From contig OZ241915.1 of the NCBI GenBank assembly GCA_965203795.1, positions 2,494,255 to 2,558,254 of the forward strand: a stretch of DNA of 64,000 bases, read 5' to 3'. The notes under the pieces were generated by a model that saw only the letters and a list, made by a program, of their open reading frames with translations, searched no databases and had not been told where the DNA came from. Positions within the stretch are counted from its first letter, which is position 1. Every line of letters begins with the position of its first letter. Made by a program: the position numbers and the translations under genes. Source of the stretch: Paracoccaceae bacterium (lineage in GTDB: Bacteria; Pseudomonadota; Alphaproteobacteria; Rhodobacterales; Rhodobacteraceae). Below are positions 9,139 to 18,154 of the stretch, piece by piece.

Positions 9139-10053
9139 TCACCCACGGCCGCCGCACCGTTCGAGAGCAGTTGCGGTCGCGCGCCCGCAGAGCTCCGCGG
9201 CCGCTTCCATCCGGTAGCCGACGCTTCCCCGGATGTCGTCTATCGGCGACAGCTCCTTGAGATCATCCGGCGTAACCATCGGAGTGTGACGGAACTCATC
9301 GGCTTGCATTCCCGACAGCCTAGCCTCGAGTCCGCGAAGGCGCACGGCAACCGCGGAACATGACCCGACGGCGACTCGGACGTCTACAATGATCCCGTCC
9401 TTTCCAGTCCGAGCCACAACCGCCACCATGGCGATCGAGATCACGAGGTAGCGCCGGCTTCCCAGCTTGAGGAACGAGCTAGCCGCTTCGGAAGCGACTG
9501 AAGGAACATGAATAGCGGCGACAAGTTCGCCGGGCCGGAGATCGACCGCGCGAACGCCCGTTATGAAATCCCCGAGCGCCACCCGCCGCGTGCCCGCTGC
9601 GGACGCGATTTCCACTTCCGCGTTCAGCGCCAACAGCGGCGGCACGCCGTCCGCGGCGGGCGAGGCGTTGCAGAGGTTTCCGGCAACGGTTCCGGCGTTC
9701 TGGATCTGTATCGAACCGACTTCGCGGCCCGCTTCCTTCAGCGCGTCGAAACAGGCCGGCAGCGGTTCCGAAGCAATGTCCGACCACGTGGCCGCGGCAC
9801 CGATGCGCCAGCCGCCCGGCGTGCGGGCAATCCCCTTGAGCGCCTCAATTCCGGTCGGATCAAGGATGGAACGCGGCCGCTTGCCCGCGGCAAGGCCCGG
9901 AAAAAAGTCTGTGCCGCCGGCCACAATGCTCGCGTCGCCCCGGTCCAGGACCGAAAGGGCATCATCAAGCGACGCCGGAGCAAAGTAGCCCAAAATTCCG
10001 CCTAGTTCCTGATCCGAGCGCTGCCGATCCGCCTGTCTTGAACTATCGACCAA
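9139..10053 (-). CDS. FAD-binding subunit of the molybdopterin dehydrogenase (CoxM/XdhB-like)
   Basis: 304 aa containing IVAGGTDFFP and QIQNAGTVAGNLCNASPAAD motifs. It overlaps the downstream hydroxylase gene. Confidence 0.8.
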   Translation of the reverse strand: MVDSSRQADRQRSDQELGGILGYFAPASLDDALSVLDRGDASIVAGGTDFFPGLAAGKRPRSILDPTGIEALKGIARTPGGWRIGAAATWSDIASEPLPACFDALKEAGREVGSIQIQNAGTVAGNLCNASPAADGVPPLLALNAEVEIASAAGTRRVALGDFITGVRAVDLRPGELVAAIHVPSVASEAASSFLKLGSRRYLVISIAMVAVVARTGKDGIIVDVRVAVGSCSAVAVRLRGLEARLSGMQADEFRHTPMVTPDDLKELSPIDDIRGSVGYRMEAAAELCGRATATALERCGGRG

Positions 10054-10371
10054 ATCGGAAAAAAGCTAGCACCCATGCACAAGCCCCACAACGAAAGCAC
10101 TCGCCGGGGCGGGCGAACCTTGGGCCAAAGCCGCCATGCCGAACGGCTTCGCGGATGCGGATCGGATTCAAACCTGCCATCCCGCAAACGCTGCCCACCT
10201 GAAGCCGCGGGCGGCGAATCCGGAATGAGTCGCGACTCTGCCACGCCGTGATCGACGGTGCCGTTTGGTTTTGGCGATGCCGATCTCGACTGTTGTGCTG
10301 CCAACCCGCCACTCCCTTCCGAGAGCTGCGCTGGTCGCGGGCCGCATGTACAACGTGTCCGACCGCCGCAG

Positions 10372-10545
10372 TCGGCGCTACATATCGCGCGTGCGCGGAA
10401 GCCCGATGAAGAAGCCACCGCAGTCAGCCCCGTCACCACACCAATGGGAATGTCTTGGGGCGCCATGAGGATTCCGGCCACTGCGTCGGCCTAAACGAGC
10501 AGAAGGGTGCCGATCAAGGCCGATCCGGGCAAAACCCTCCTGTAT
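10372..10545 (-). pseudogene. Fragment of a FecCD/BtuC-type permease 3-prime end
   Basis: Reads VLPGSALIGTLLLV*ADAVAGILMAPQDIPIGVVTGL, which aligns with the C-terminus of the intact permease at 13164-14198. It has an in-frame stop (W to TAG) and a 1-nt deletion. The downstream non-coding DNA is also homologous. Confidence 0.6.
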
Positions 10546-10786
10546 CTCGACCGTGCTAAAACTCTCCCGCTGTCGGCCTGCCGATGCGGAGCCCCTTATC
10601 GCAGCGGAGGCAGGCCGACACCGCGGCCGTACGGCAATCGAAAACCCCGCCGCGCTCTGAATCCGGACCGACCGGTCGGCCGCCGGTCAGCGCGAAACGG
10701 GGCCAGCGATCAAAAACAGCCGCAGCTCCAAGCCGCGGATCAGGTCGAATGCAGCCTAAATTCCGGCACCCGCCGATACGGTTGCT

Positions 10787-10795
10787 GAACCTTAT
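10787..10795. repeat. Target-site duplication GAACCTTAT (left) of IS copy 1
   Basis: The identical 9-mer lies directly outside both inverted repeats (right copy at 12555-12563). Confidence 0.85.
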
Positions 10796-12554
10796 GGGTG
10801 CGGGCCAAATTTTTGGGCTGGGCCTGTTCCGCTGTTCCCCGGGCGTTGTCCGCGCCCGGCGTTCCGGGGGTTGCAAACGCTTCTCCGAGGGCCGGGATGG
10901 ATTGGTCCCGGCGCGGCTTCCGAAGACCTGCAAGCGGCAGGCGCCGCGCATCCGGGCGCGAGCAGTTGGGGTTCATCATGGCAGGCAAGACGAAGGACCG
11001 GGAGTTCCGCCATCCCGATGTGGCGGCGTATCTGCGGGGCTTGACGGGCGAGGCGGCGAAGCGGTCTCTTGTGATCCGCGAGCCCGACGGCGTTTGCACG
11101 GAGTATTGGCGCGAGGGCGGCCGGGTGCGCTGCCGCGAAGTCGGGGCGGGCGAAGCGTCCGGCGGCCCGGCTCCGGAGCTGCGGGCGCTGCTCGCGGCGG
11201 CGGAAGCGACGTTCGGCCGCTCGCTTCCGCGGATGAAGGCGGAGCCGGGAGGCGGCCGGGTTCCCGATCCGGCGCCCTCGAGACGGCGGTCCGCGACGGC
11301 ATGCTGGATTCCGGGGCGCGGGGCTGCGCGGCCCTTCTGGAGGCGCTCGACGCCGAGCTTCCGGCCCCGTCCTGCCCGGGCTGCGGCCGGCCGATGGAGC
11401 GGCACGGCCGGGTCGGGAAGACGTTCCTGGCGCGCCTCGGACGGGCCGGGGTCAAGCGCAAATACTTCCGCTGCCGCCAGTGCGGCGGCGGCCATTTCCC
11501 TTTGGACCGGGCGCTGGGCCTGGAGGACAGGAGCGCCGCGCCCGGGGCGGAAAGCATCCTTGCCGACGCCGCCGGCTCCGAAAGCTACGAGGAGGCTGGC
11601 TGCAAGCTCGACAACCTTGCCGGCGTCCGGGTTCCGAAGTCGACGCTCCGGCGCCATGTCGCGGGGATCGGCCGGGAGGTCCAGGAGTTCGAGCGGGCGG
11701 ACGCCGGGGAGCGCAAGCCCCCGGCGCCGCAGGTTGTGCTGACGGCCGACGGCGCCGGCGTCCCGGTTGTCGCGGGCGAGGTCGAGGGCGTCCCCGGCAA
11801 GCAGGAGGACGGCACGGCGAAGACCCGCGAGGCGAAGGCCATCGTCCCTGCACGGCCGAACGCCGGAACCCGAAGACCGGGGAGCCGAGGAAGGACAGGG
11901 GCAGCGGGGCTGCCGGCGTCCGCATCGACAGCGCGCAGTCGGCGGGCGGCGCCGGCCGGGCGTCGGAGTTCGCGGCGCGCCTTGAGCGGTTCGGGCACCG
12001 GGAGGGCCTGTTCGGGGCCGGGGAGCTGGTCGTGCTGTCCGACGGGGCGCCATGGATCCGGAACGTCTGCGAGGAGGTCTTGGCCGGCACGGGGACGACC
12101 TTCATCCTCGACCTGTTCCATGCCCTCGATTGCGCGGCGGCGGCGGTCCGCGCCCTCGTTCCGGACAGGGACGGGCGGAAGGCGCGGATGGAGAGCATCA
12201 AGGCGCGATTGAACGACGGGCGGGTCGACCTCGCCGTCGCCGGCCTCAAGCCGCACCGCCACCGAGACGAGGCCGTCGAGGCCTGCATCCGCTACTTCGA
12301 GTCGAACAAGGACCGGATGCGCTGCGACATCTGCCGGAAGCGCGGCATGCCGGTCGGGTCCGGCGTCGTGGAGAGCGTCTGCAAGCGGATAGTCGGGAGC
12401 CGGTTCAAGCGGTCGGGATGCCGCTGGTCGAAGGCGGGCGCCAACGCCCTGCTCGCCGCCGAATGCTGCATCGACAACAACCGGTGGGCCGACTTCCTCG
12501 ATTGGAGGGCAGGCCGCGCCGCAGCCGCCTGACCCAAAAATTTGGCCCGCACCC
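10796..12554 (+). mobile_element. ISKra4-like insertion sequence, copy 1 (1759 bp)
   Basis: Perfect 22-bp terminal inverted repeats GGGTGCGGGCCAAATTTTTGGG (10796-10817) and the reverse complement at 12533-12554. It has a 9-bp TSD and an internal transposase. Confidence 0.85.
10978..12532 (+). pseudogene. ISKra4-family transposase, interrupted by at least two frame changes
   Basis: Starts MAGKTKDREFRHP. It continues in a second frame (CPGCGRPMERHG...FRCRQCGG) and a third (VVLSDGAPWIRNVCEE...DLFHALD...RWSKAGANALL). The frame breaks lie near 11240-11290 and 11845. Confidence 0.75.
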
Positions 12555-12563
12555 GAACCTTAT
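12555..12563. repeat. Target-site duplication GAACCTTAT (right) of IS copy 1
   Basis: Matches 10787-10795 exactly. Confidence 0.85.
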
Positions 12564-12676
12564 CAATTCGTTGCAATCGCCCGGACGACCGAATAGAATC
12601 GATTCGAATCCGGCCTGTTTAGGGTCGGAGAAAGGAGGGCAAGACAGCAAATGAAGCAATCAACAAAAAGGAGATC

Positions 12677-12823
12677 ATGATGATAACATTCCTCCTCAAA
12701 TTAGTAGCTATAGAGCTTCTCTGGCAGGTCGCAAGACCGGTAGCCAAGGAACTAGGTCATTTACTGGCTGATCTTATTCAATTGCTTCGCCGGAGAATTG
12801 CGGTTCAGGAGGCTACAATCTGA
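12677..12823 (+). CDS. Small hypothetical protein (47-48 aa; hydrophobic N-terminus then an amphipathic, basic tail)
   Basis: Not in the ORF track because it is under 60 aa. AAGGAG lies 3-6 nt upstream of tandem ATGs. A 9-codon ORF (12651-12680) precedes it, and that ORF's TGA overlaps the ATG. The patch is AT-richer than its surroundings. Confidence 0.3.
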   Translation: MMITFLLKLVAIELLWQVARPVAKELGHLLADLIQLLRRRIAVQEATI

Positions 12824-13163
12824 GTTCTGATTGAGCTCTAACAACGCGGGCCGCGGCACATGGCGCGATGGTGCGTATAGCCGCGGCCTGCAATGAATAA
12901 GGACTTCCTCGGCAAGCATGTCCGTGGGATGTTGTTCCCCCGTCCAAATCGTCCAAGTAGATAGCGGGTCTGAGTTCGAGGCCGAGTTTGGACGCGAATC
13001 AGGGAGCGCAACATCCAGCTGCGAGCCTGTTGCGCCGAGATGGAGGATATCGTTCAGTTTCTTCAATGCCGGTTGCGACTGCTGTACTGCCCAGCTGTCG
13101 CTTACGTCCGAGAATGGCACTGGCCGCGGGTTGCATGGACTATGCGTCCGACCGCCATCGACG

Positions 13164-14198
13164 CTACACTTCGCGCCTGCGCAGAAGCCAAATGAAGAAT
13201 CCGCCGCCCACCAGCCCCGTGACGACGCCGATGGGTATGTCCTCAGGGGACAAGACCGTGCGGGCCGCGGCGTCGGCCCAGACAAGAAACAGGGCGCCTG
13301 CCAATGCGGATCCGGGAAGAACCCGGAAATTGTTCCCGCCGAGCACCATCCGCACCATGTGCGGCACCATCAGGCCCACGAAGCCGATCATCCCGGAATA
13401 GGCGACCATGACTCCGGTAAGAAGCGCCGAAACCGTGAACGCGGCAAGCCGGAAGCCGTGAACGGAAACGCCGAGCGTCGATGCCGTCTCGTCGCCGATC
13501 GTGACGGCGTTCAGATCCTGCGACTTGATCCAGAAGTAGGCGCCGCATCCCGCAAGCGCCAGCGCGGGGTACGGCAGGCGTCCCCACTCCGCGAGCCCCA
13601 GGCCGCCCAGCATCCAGAACACGACGGTGTGCGTCGCGCGCGGATCCCCGAAAAAGATCAGCAGGTTCGCGCACGCCATGAGCACGAACGACACGGCCAC
13701 CCCTACGAGCACGAGGCGTTCCGCGCTGGCATCCCCCGTCGCCCGCGAGGCCGACAGCACGGCAATCGTCGCGAGCAGCGATCCGGCGAACGCCATTGCC
13801 GGCACGGTGGCGCCGCCCAAAAACAGGCCCGTGTGCAGCAGCGCCAGAATTGCGCCCAGAGCGCCGCCGGAGGAGATCCCGAGGAGATGCGGGTCCGCCA
13901 GCGGATTGCGCGTGACCGCCTGAAGCACGGCGCCCACCAGCGCGAGCCCCGCTCCGACCAGGCAGGCGAGCAGCACTCTGGGAAGCCTGATTTCCCATAC
14001 GATCGCGGCGTGGGCACGAGTCCAGTGCGTTTCGACGGAACCGGGCCAAGCCCGGTCAGCAATGACTCCGGCAACGGTTGCGATCGGAACCGGAACGGAG
14101 CCCATGCCTGTCGCAGCGGCGACCGACACGAGCAGCGCAGCTGCGCATCCCAGATAGAGAGCCACCGGCGGCACCCGCGCGGCGGCGGGAGTCCTCAC
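13164..14198 (-). CDS. FecCD-family ABC permease (BtuC-like)
   Basis: 344 aa and polytopic, with the C-terminal EDIPIGVVTGLVGGGFFIWLL motif. It sits in an operon with a substrate-binding protein and an ATPase behind a B12 riboswitch. Confidence 0.85.
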   Translation of the reverse strand: MRTPAAARVPPVALYLGCAAALLVSVAAATGMGSVPVPIATVAGVIADRAWPGSVETHWTRAHAAIVWEIRLPRVLLACLVGAGLALVGAVLQAVTRNPLADPHLLGISSGGALGAILALLHTGLFLGGATVPAMAFAGSLLATIAVLSASRATGDASAERLVLVGVAVSFVLMACANLLIFFGDPRATHTVVFWMLGGLGLAEWGRLPYPALALAGCGAYFWIKSQDLNAVTIGDETASTLGVSVHGFRLAAFTVSALLTGVMVAYSGMIGFVGLMVPHMVRMVLGGNNFRVLPGSALAGALFLVWADAAARTVLSPEDIPIGVVTGLVGGGFFIWLLRRREV

Positions 14199-14213
14199 GT
14201 GGACTTCGTGCTG

Positions 14214-15152
14214 CTAGCGGCCACGAAAGGCTTCCGCCAGCTTCTTCGCCGCGTCGATGTTGCGAGGGCCGGGCGTCGCCTCGGCGTAGCCGAGAACGAC
14301 AAATCTACGGTCGCGGACGGCCGGAACATCCGCGAAGACTTTATGCCGAAGCAGGAAGTCCTGTTTCTGCTCCGCCGTAACTTCTCCGTAATCCACGATG
14401 ACGATGACCTCGGGCGCGCGCTCCACCACCGTTTCCCAGCTAACGGTCGCCCAGCTCTTCGGCAGGTCGTCCGCGATGTTGGTTCCTCCAGCAGCTTCGA
14501 TCAACGCTGTCGGCATTGCGAACCGCCCGGCGGTGAACGGGATGTCCGTGCCGCTGTCGTAAACGAACGCCCGGACTGGCGGGGCGGCAGGCGGGAGCGC
14601 GGATTCCAGCTCCGCGATTTCCGATCGGTAGGTCTCGACAAGTGCCTCGGCGCGGTCGCGGACGCCGAATATCGTCCCGAGATTGAGCAGGTCGGCGTAC
14701 ATGTCCTCCATGCTGGATTTCGGCTTTGGTCCGACGTGAATGCATGATTCGGTAAGCTCGTAGACGGCGATTCCGAACGGCGCCAGCGACTCCGGGGTGA
14801 CCTCTCCCCCGACTTTCAAGCCGTAGTTCCAGCCCGCGAAGTAGAAGTCCGCGCCGGACCCGACCAGGATTTCCTTGCTCGGGTATCGAGGCGCGAGAGA
14901 CGGCAGCCCGCGGATTTCGTCCGCGAATTTCGAGTCGGCGATCCATCGGCCGGAAATCCCCGTATGACCGATCATCCTGTCCGAAAGGCCGAGCGCCAGC
15001 ATCATTTCAGTAAGGTTGGAGTCGTTCGAAACCGCCCGCTCGGGAGGCCGATCGAATTCAAGCTGCCGACCGCAGCTTTGAACTTCAACGACTTCCGCCT
15101 GCGCCGCGGAACCGGCAATCGCGGCAGCAAGGAGAAGGGCGGCGGGGCGCAA
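14214..15152 (-). CDS. ABC transporter periplasmic substrate-binding protein (BtuF/FecB-like)
   Basis: 312 aa with signal peptide MRPAALLLAAAIAGSAAQA. Called from its cluster position. Confidence 0.75.
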   Translation of the reverse strand: MRPAALLLAAAIAGSAAQAEVVEVQSCGRQLEFDRPPERAVSNDSNLTEMMLALGLSDRMIGHTGISGRWIADSKFADEIRGLPSLAPRYPSKEILVGSGADFYFAGWNYGLKVGGEVTPESLAPFGIAVYELTESCIHVGPKPKSSMEDMYADLLNLGTIFGVRDRAEALVETYRSEIAELESALPPAAPPVRAFVYDSGTDIPFTAGRFAMPTALIEAAGGTNIADDLPKSWATVSWETVVERAPEVIVIVDYGEVTAEQKQDFLLRHKVFADVPAVRDRRFVVLGYAEATPGPRNIDAAKKLAEAFRGR

Positions 15153-15162
15153 CGCCGTACCC

Positions 15163-16092
15163 TCAGTTCAGCGAGTAGGCGAAGCGCTGCCGGGCGCTGC
15201 CGGGCATCCGCTCCAGCCGGGCTTCGACGGCAAACACCGAGGAAACCAGATTCGTCGAAAGCACGTCGCCGGTTCGGCCGATCGCCGCCGTCCGGCCGCC
15301 GGAAAGGGCCAGCACGCTGTCGGCGTAATCGAGCGCGGCGTCGAGATCGTGCAGACTGCAAACGACGGTGACACCCAACACTTTCAAAAGTTCAAGAATC
15401 TCAAGCTGGTGGCGGATGTCGAGATGGTTCGTCGGTTCGTCAAGCAGCAGCACGCGAGGCTGTTGCGCCAGCGCCCGGGCGACCATCACGCGCTGGCGCT
15501 CTCCGCCCGAAAGGGTTCCGAGGCGCCGCTGCGCCAGCTCCGCCAGATTGAGGCGATCCATCGCGCCGTCCACGATCGCCTGGTCCTCAAGGCCGTTGGC
15601 CGACCAAGGCGGCCTGTGCGGCGCGCGCCCAAGCGCGACCGTCTCGTGAACTGTCAGAGCGAAGGGCGCGGGCTGTTCCTGCAGGACAGCGGCGACGTTC
15701 CGCGCCGCCGCCCTCGCGCTCATGCTCCAAATGTCGCTGCCGCCGACAATCGTCTTTCCACGCCTCGGTCGGTAGTAGCGGTAAAGAAGCCTGAGCAGGG
15801 TCGATTTGCCCGACCCGTTCGGGCCGACGACTCCCAGGATCTCGCCCGGTTCGATCCTGAAACTGATGTCGTTGAGGACGCATGGCTTGCCTTTCGGACC
15901 CCAGGTAAGCCCGATGGCTTCAACCGATGCCGCTCCCGAATCGGGACGGCCTGTCCGGTCCGATTTGCCGAAAAGCCGCTGGTCCAGCGGAAGGCCGGCC
16001 TCCCGGCATTCGGCCGGATGTCCGCTGCCGTTCGCAATCCATTGCGAACGGCTAACTGCCGATGCGCTTGTAATGATGCCGCCCTCCTGCAT
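15163..16092 (-). CDS. ABC transporter ATP-binding protein (BtuD/FepC-like)
   Basis: Has Walker A GPNGSGKST, signature LSGGERQR and Walker B LLLDEPT. The start is uncertain (ATG 16092 or GTG 16122), and the N-terminal extension is unusually long. Confidence 0.8.
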   Translation of the reverse strand: MQEGGIITSASAVSRSQWIANGSGHPAECREAGLPLDQRLFGKSDRTGRPDSGAASVEAIGLTWGPKGKPCVLNDISFRIEPGEILGVVGPNGSGKSTLLRLLYRYYRPRRGKTIVGGSDIWSMSARAAARNVAAVLQEQPAPFALTVHETVALGRAPHRPPWSANGLEDQAIVDGAMDRLNLAELAQRRLGTLSGGERQRVMVARALAQQPRVLLLDEPTNHLDIRHQLEILELLKVLGVTVVCSLHDLDAALDYADSVLALSGGRTAAIGRTGDVLSTNLVSSVFAVEARLERMPGSARQRFAYSLN

Positions 16093-16194
16093 CGCGGGCG
16101 CGGCAGGCGCTGCGCGGGACACGGCCCGAACCGGCTATCGAAACAATAATCGGCATTCCGTCGAACCTCGTCCCCGGACCATCCCGCCCAAGTT

Positions 16195-16365
16195 CTTGAC
16201 GCGTCGACGGCAGGTCTCCTGGCTCGCGGGTCGCCGCAGTCCCGGTCCTTCCCGGCCGCTTCGGCCAGTGGCTCGTTCCGGTCAGCTCGCCGCACACAGT
16301 TGCGGGGGCAGCCGCGGCTTCGGTGGCTGGGTGGCTGCACCTGACCGCGTTCCCTTTTCATCGCC
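16195..16365 (-). promoter_or_regulatory. Cobalamin (B12) riboswitch
   Basis: The minus strand reads AAAAGGGAACGCGGTCAGG...GCTGCCCCCGCAACTGT...GAGCCACTGGCC...CCGGGAAGGAC...AGCCAGGAGACCTGCC. The last element is the B12 box, at 16209-16224 on the plus strand. It lies directly upstream of the ABC operon. Confidence 0.85.
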
Positions 16366-16655
16366 GAAGCGTTCTCGGCCCCGGCGAAACCGTCAATGTG
16401 GCAACTAGCAGACCGCCGGATTCGGGTAAACCCGCCGCGGAGCCTCGCTGCCGAATCCGGCGGCGCCGCGGACCGGGCGCGGGACGCGGATACCGAGGCT
16501 TGAATCGGTCCGAGCGGCTTCCCCGAACACTTGGCAATCGGCGATCGCGAACCGTCGCGGCCCGGAGCCGAAACAGCCCGACCTGATAGCCGAATCCGCC
16601 GCCCGCTCTCCGTTTACTGGAGCCGCGGGCTATATCTCTTCGGGAACCCGGGGGC

Positions 16656-16731
<76 letters not shown>

Positions 16732-16791
16732 GCGCGTCCCTCGCGCCGGATTATTGCGTTCGGGCGCGCACTTCAAGCCGAATCCGGCGAG

Positions 16792-17106
16792 CTACCTCTC
16801 ATCCTCCGTCGAAACGTTCTTGATGTCGTCCAGCGGAACGCTGTCCTCTTCGCCGTCATCAAGGACATCGTCTTCAATATCGATTTCGGCGTCGTCGAGG
16901 ATGTCGTCGGCGACATCGGTGGATTCGGAGTCGTCCTTCGCGGCCGGCTCTTTGACCGCATCGGCCTTTTCCTTTTCGCGGGGCTCAGTCTTCGCGTGCT
17001 CCATCACGGTGCCGCAAACCGGGCACACGACCTCCTTGCGCATGAGGTCGTAAAACTTGGCGCCGCACTCGCAGCGGTGCTTCTGGCCCCATTCTTCCTT
17101 CGGCAT
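16792..17106 (-). CDS. TIGR02300-type zinc-ribbon protein with an acidic tail (FYDLN family)
   Basis: Starts MPKEEWGQKHRCECGAKFYDLMRKEVVCPVCG and ends in a D/E-rich tail. Confidence 0.8.
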   Translation of the reverse strand: MPKEEWGQKHRCECGAKFYDLMRKEVVCPVCGTVMEHAKTEPREKEKADAVKEPAAKDDSESTDVADDILDDAEIDIEDDVLDDGEEDSVPLDDIKNVSTEDER

Positions 17107-17383
17107 CGTCGTCCTTCCGCTTGCGCGCATTCGCCGGGCGCGCCCACTGCCACATCAGCGCGCGCATTGTCAAAGTTCTGTTTCGATGGGGCTGCGGCTG
17201 GCCAGGCGGCTGAATCGCGAGCGGCGCCGCGTCCGCGCCGTGGGGCGCGCGGAATCTTGTAGAAACCCGCTGCTTGCGATTGTACGGTCGGCCGAATCGG
17301 CACTCCCAGCTTTCCCGCGGGATTCCGCCCGTCGGAAAGACCGCTCGCAGGACCCCCGCGCCGTCCAGCAAGGATCGGAATCC

Positions 17384-18103
17384 GTGGCAACGGTTACCAT
17401 TCCCGGAGACCCCCCGATTGCGGCCAAGCTGGTTCGCACGCGGGCTTACCGCCGCATCAGCCTGAGGGTTTCGCGCGCGGACGGCAGCGTGACGCTTGCC
17501 GTGCCCGCGCAAACCGACCTTCGGTCGGCGCTGGAGTTCGCCGAGAAGCGGCGGAGCTGGCTGCTGTCGCAGATCGAATCATGTTGGACGCCGGTCCGGC
17601 CGACATACGGGACCAGCTTCCCGCTTGAGGGGCGGCACCGGCTTATCGAGCCGACGGCATCGCGCCTGCCGAGCCACGACGAGTCCAAGCTTCTCGTGCC
17701 CGGTCCGCCGGACCTGGTGCCCGCCATACTGCGGGTCTATTGCAAGTGGCTGGCGGCCCGCAGGCTGGAGCCTGCAGCGCGCAAGTACGCGGCTGAAGTC
17801 GGCCGCGGCGTCGTTTCCGTGTCGCTCCGCGATCCGAAGACCCGGTGGGGATCGTGCTCGGTCGCGCCCGGCGCAAGGTCGGGGCGCCTGAATTTCTCTT
17901 GGCGCTTGATCATGGCGCCTCCGGAGGTGCTGGATTACGTCGCGGCCCACGAGGCGGCGCACCTTGTCGAGATGAACCACTCGCGCAAATTCTGGTCCTT
18001 GGTGGAGTCGCTCTGCCCCCGCTACCGCGAGCATTCCGGGTGGCTGAAGACGAACGGATCGGGCCTGCACCGCTACAGGTTTTCGGACTCCGCGGACGGC
18101 TGA
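17384..18103 (+). CDS. M48-family metallopeptidase (YgjP/DUF45-like)
   Basis: Contains WGSCS...FSWRL and the HEAAHLVEMNHS zinc motif. The GTG at 17384 was chosen as start; the longer ORF from 17057 overlaps the divergent gene. Confidence 0.7.
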   Translation: MATVTIPGDPPIAAKLVRTRAYRRISLRVSRADGSVTLAVPAQTDLRSALEFAEKRRSWLLSQIESCWTPVRPTYGTSFPLEGRHRLIEPTASRLPSHDESKLLVPGPPDLVPAILRVYCKWLAARRLEPAARKYAAEVGRGVVSVSLRDPKTRWGSCSVAPGARSGRLNFSWRLIMAPPEVLDYVAAHEAAHLVEMNHSRKFWSLVESLCPRYREHSGWLKTNGSGLHRYRFSDSADG

Positions 18104-18154
18104 TGCGGCGCAGCGCGCGGACTTCCGCAGCGGCAGCGCCGCCCGAAGGCCGCG

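Noticed and set aside
12925-13010. Short peptide QVDSGSEFEAEF, reminiscent of the DDE (rve) integrase core motif D-x-G-x-E-F, just downstream of the permease gene
   Set aside because: Only about 12 residues match and there is no extended frame. It is too weak to call a transposase remnant.
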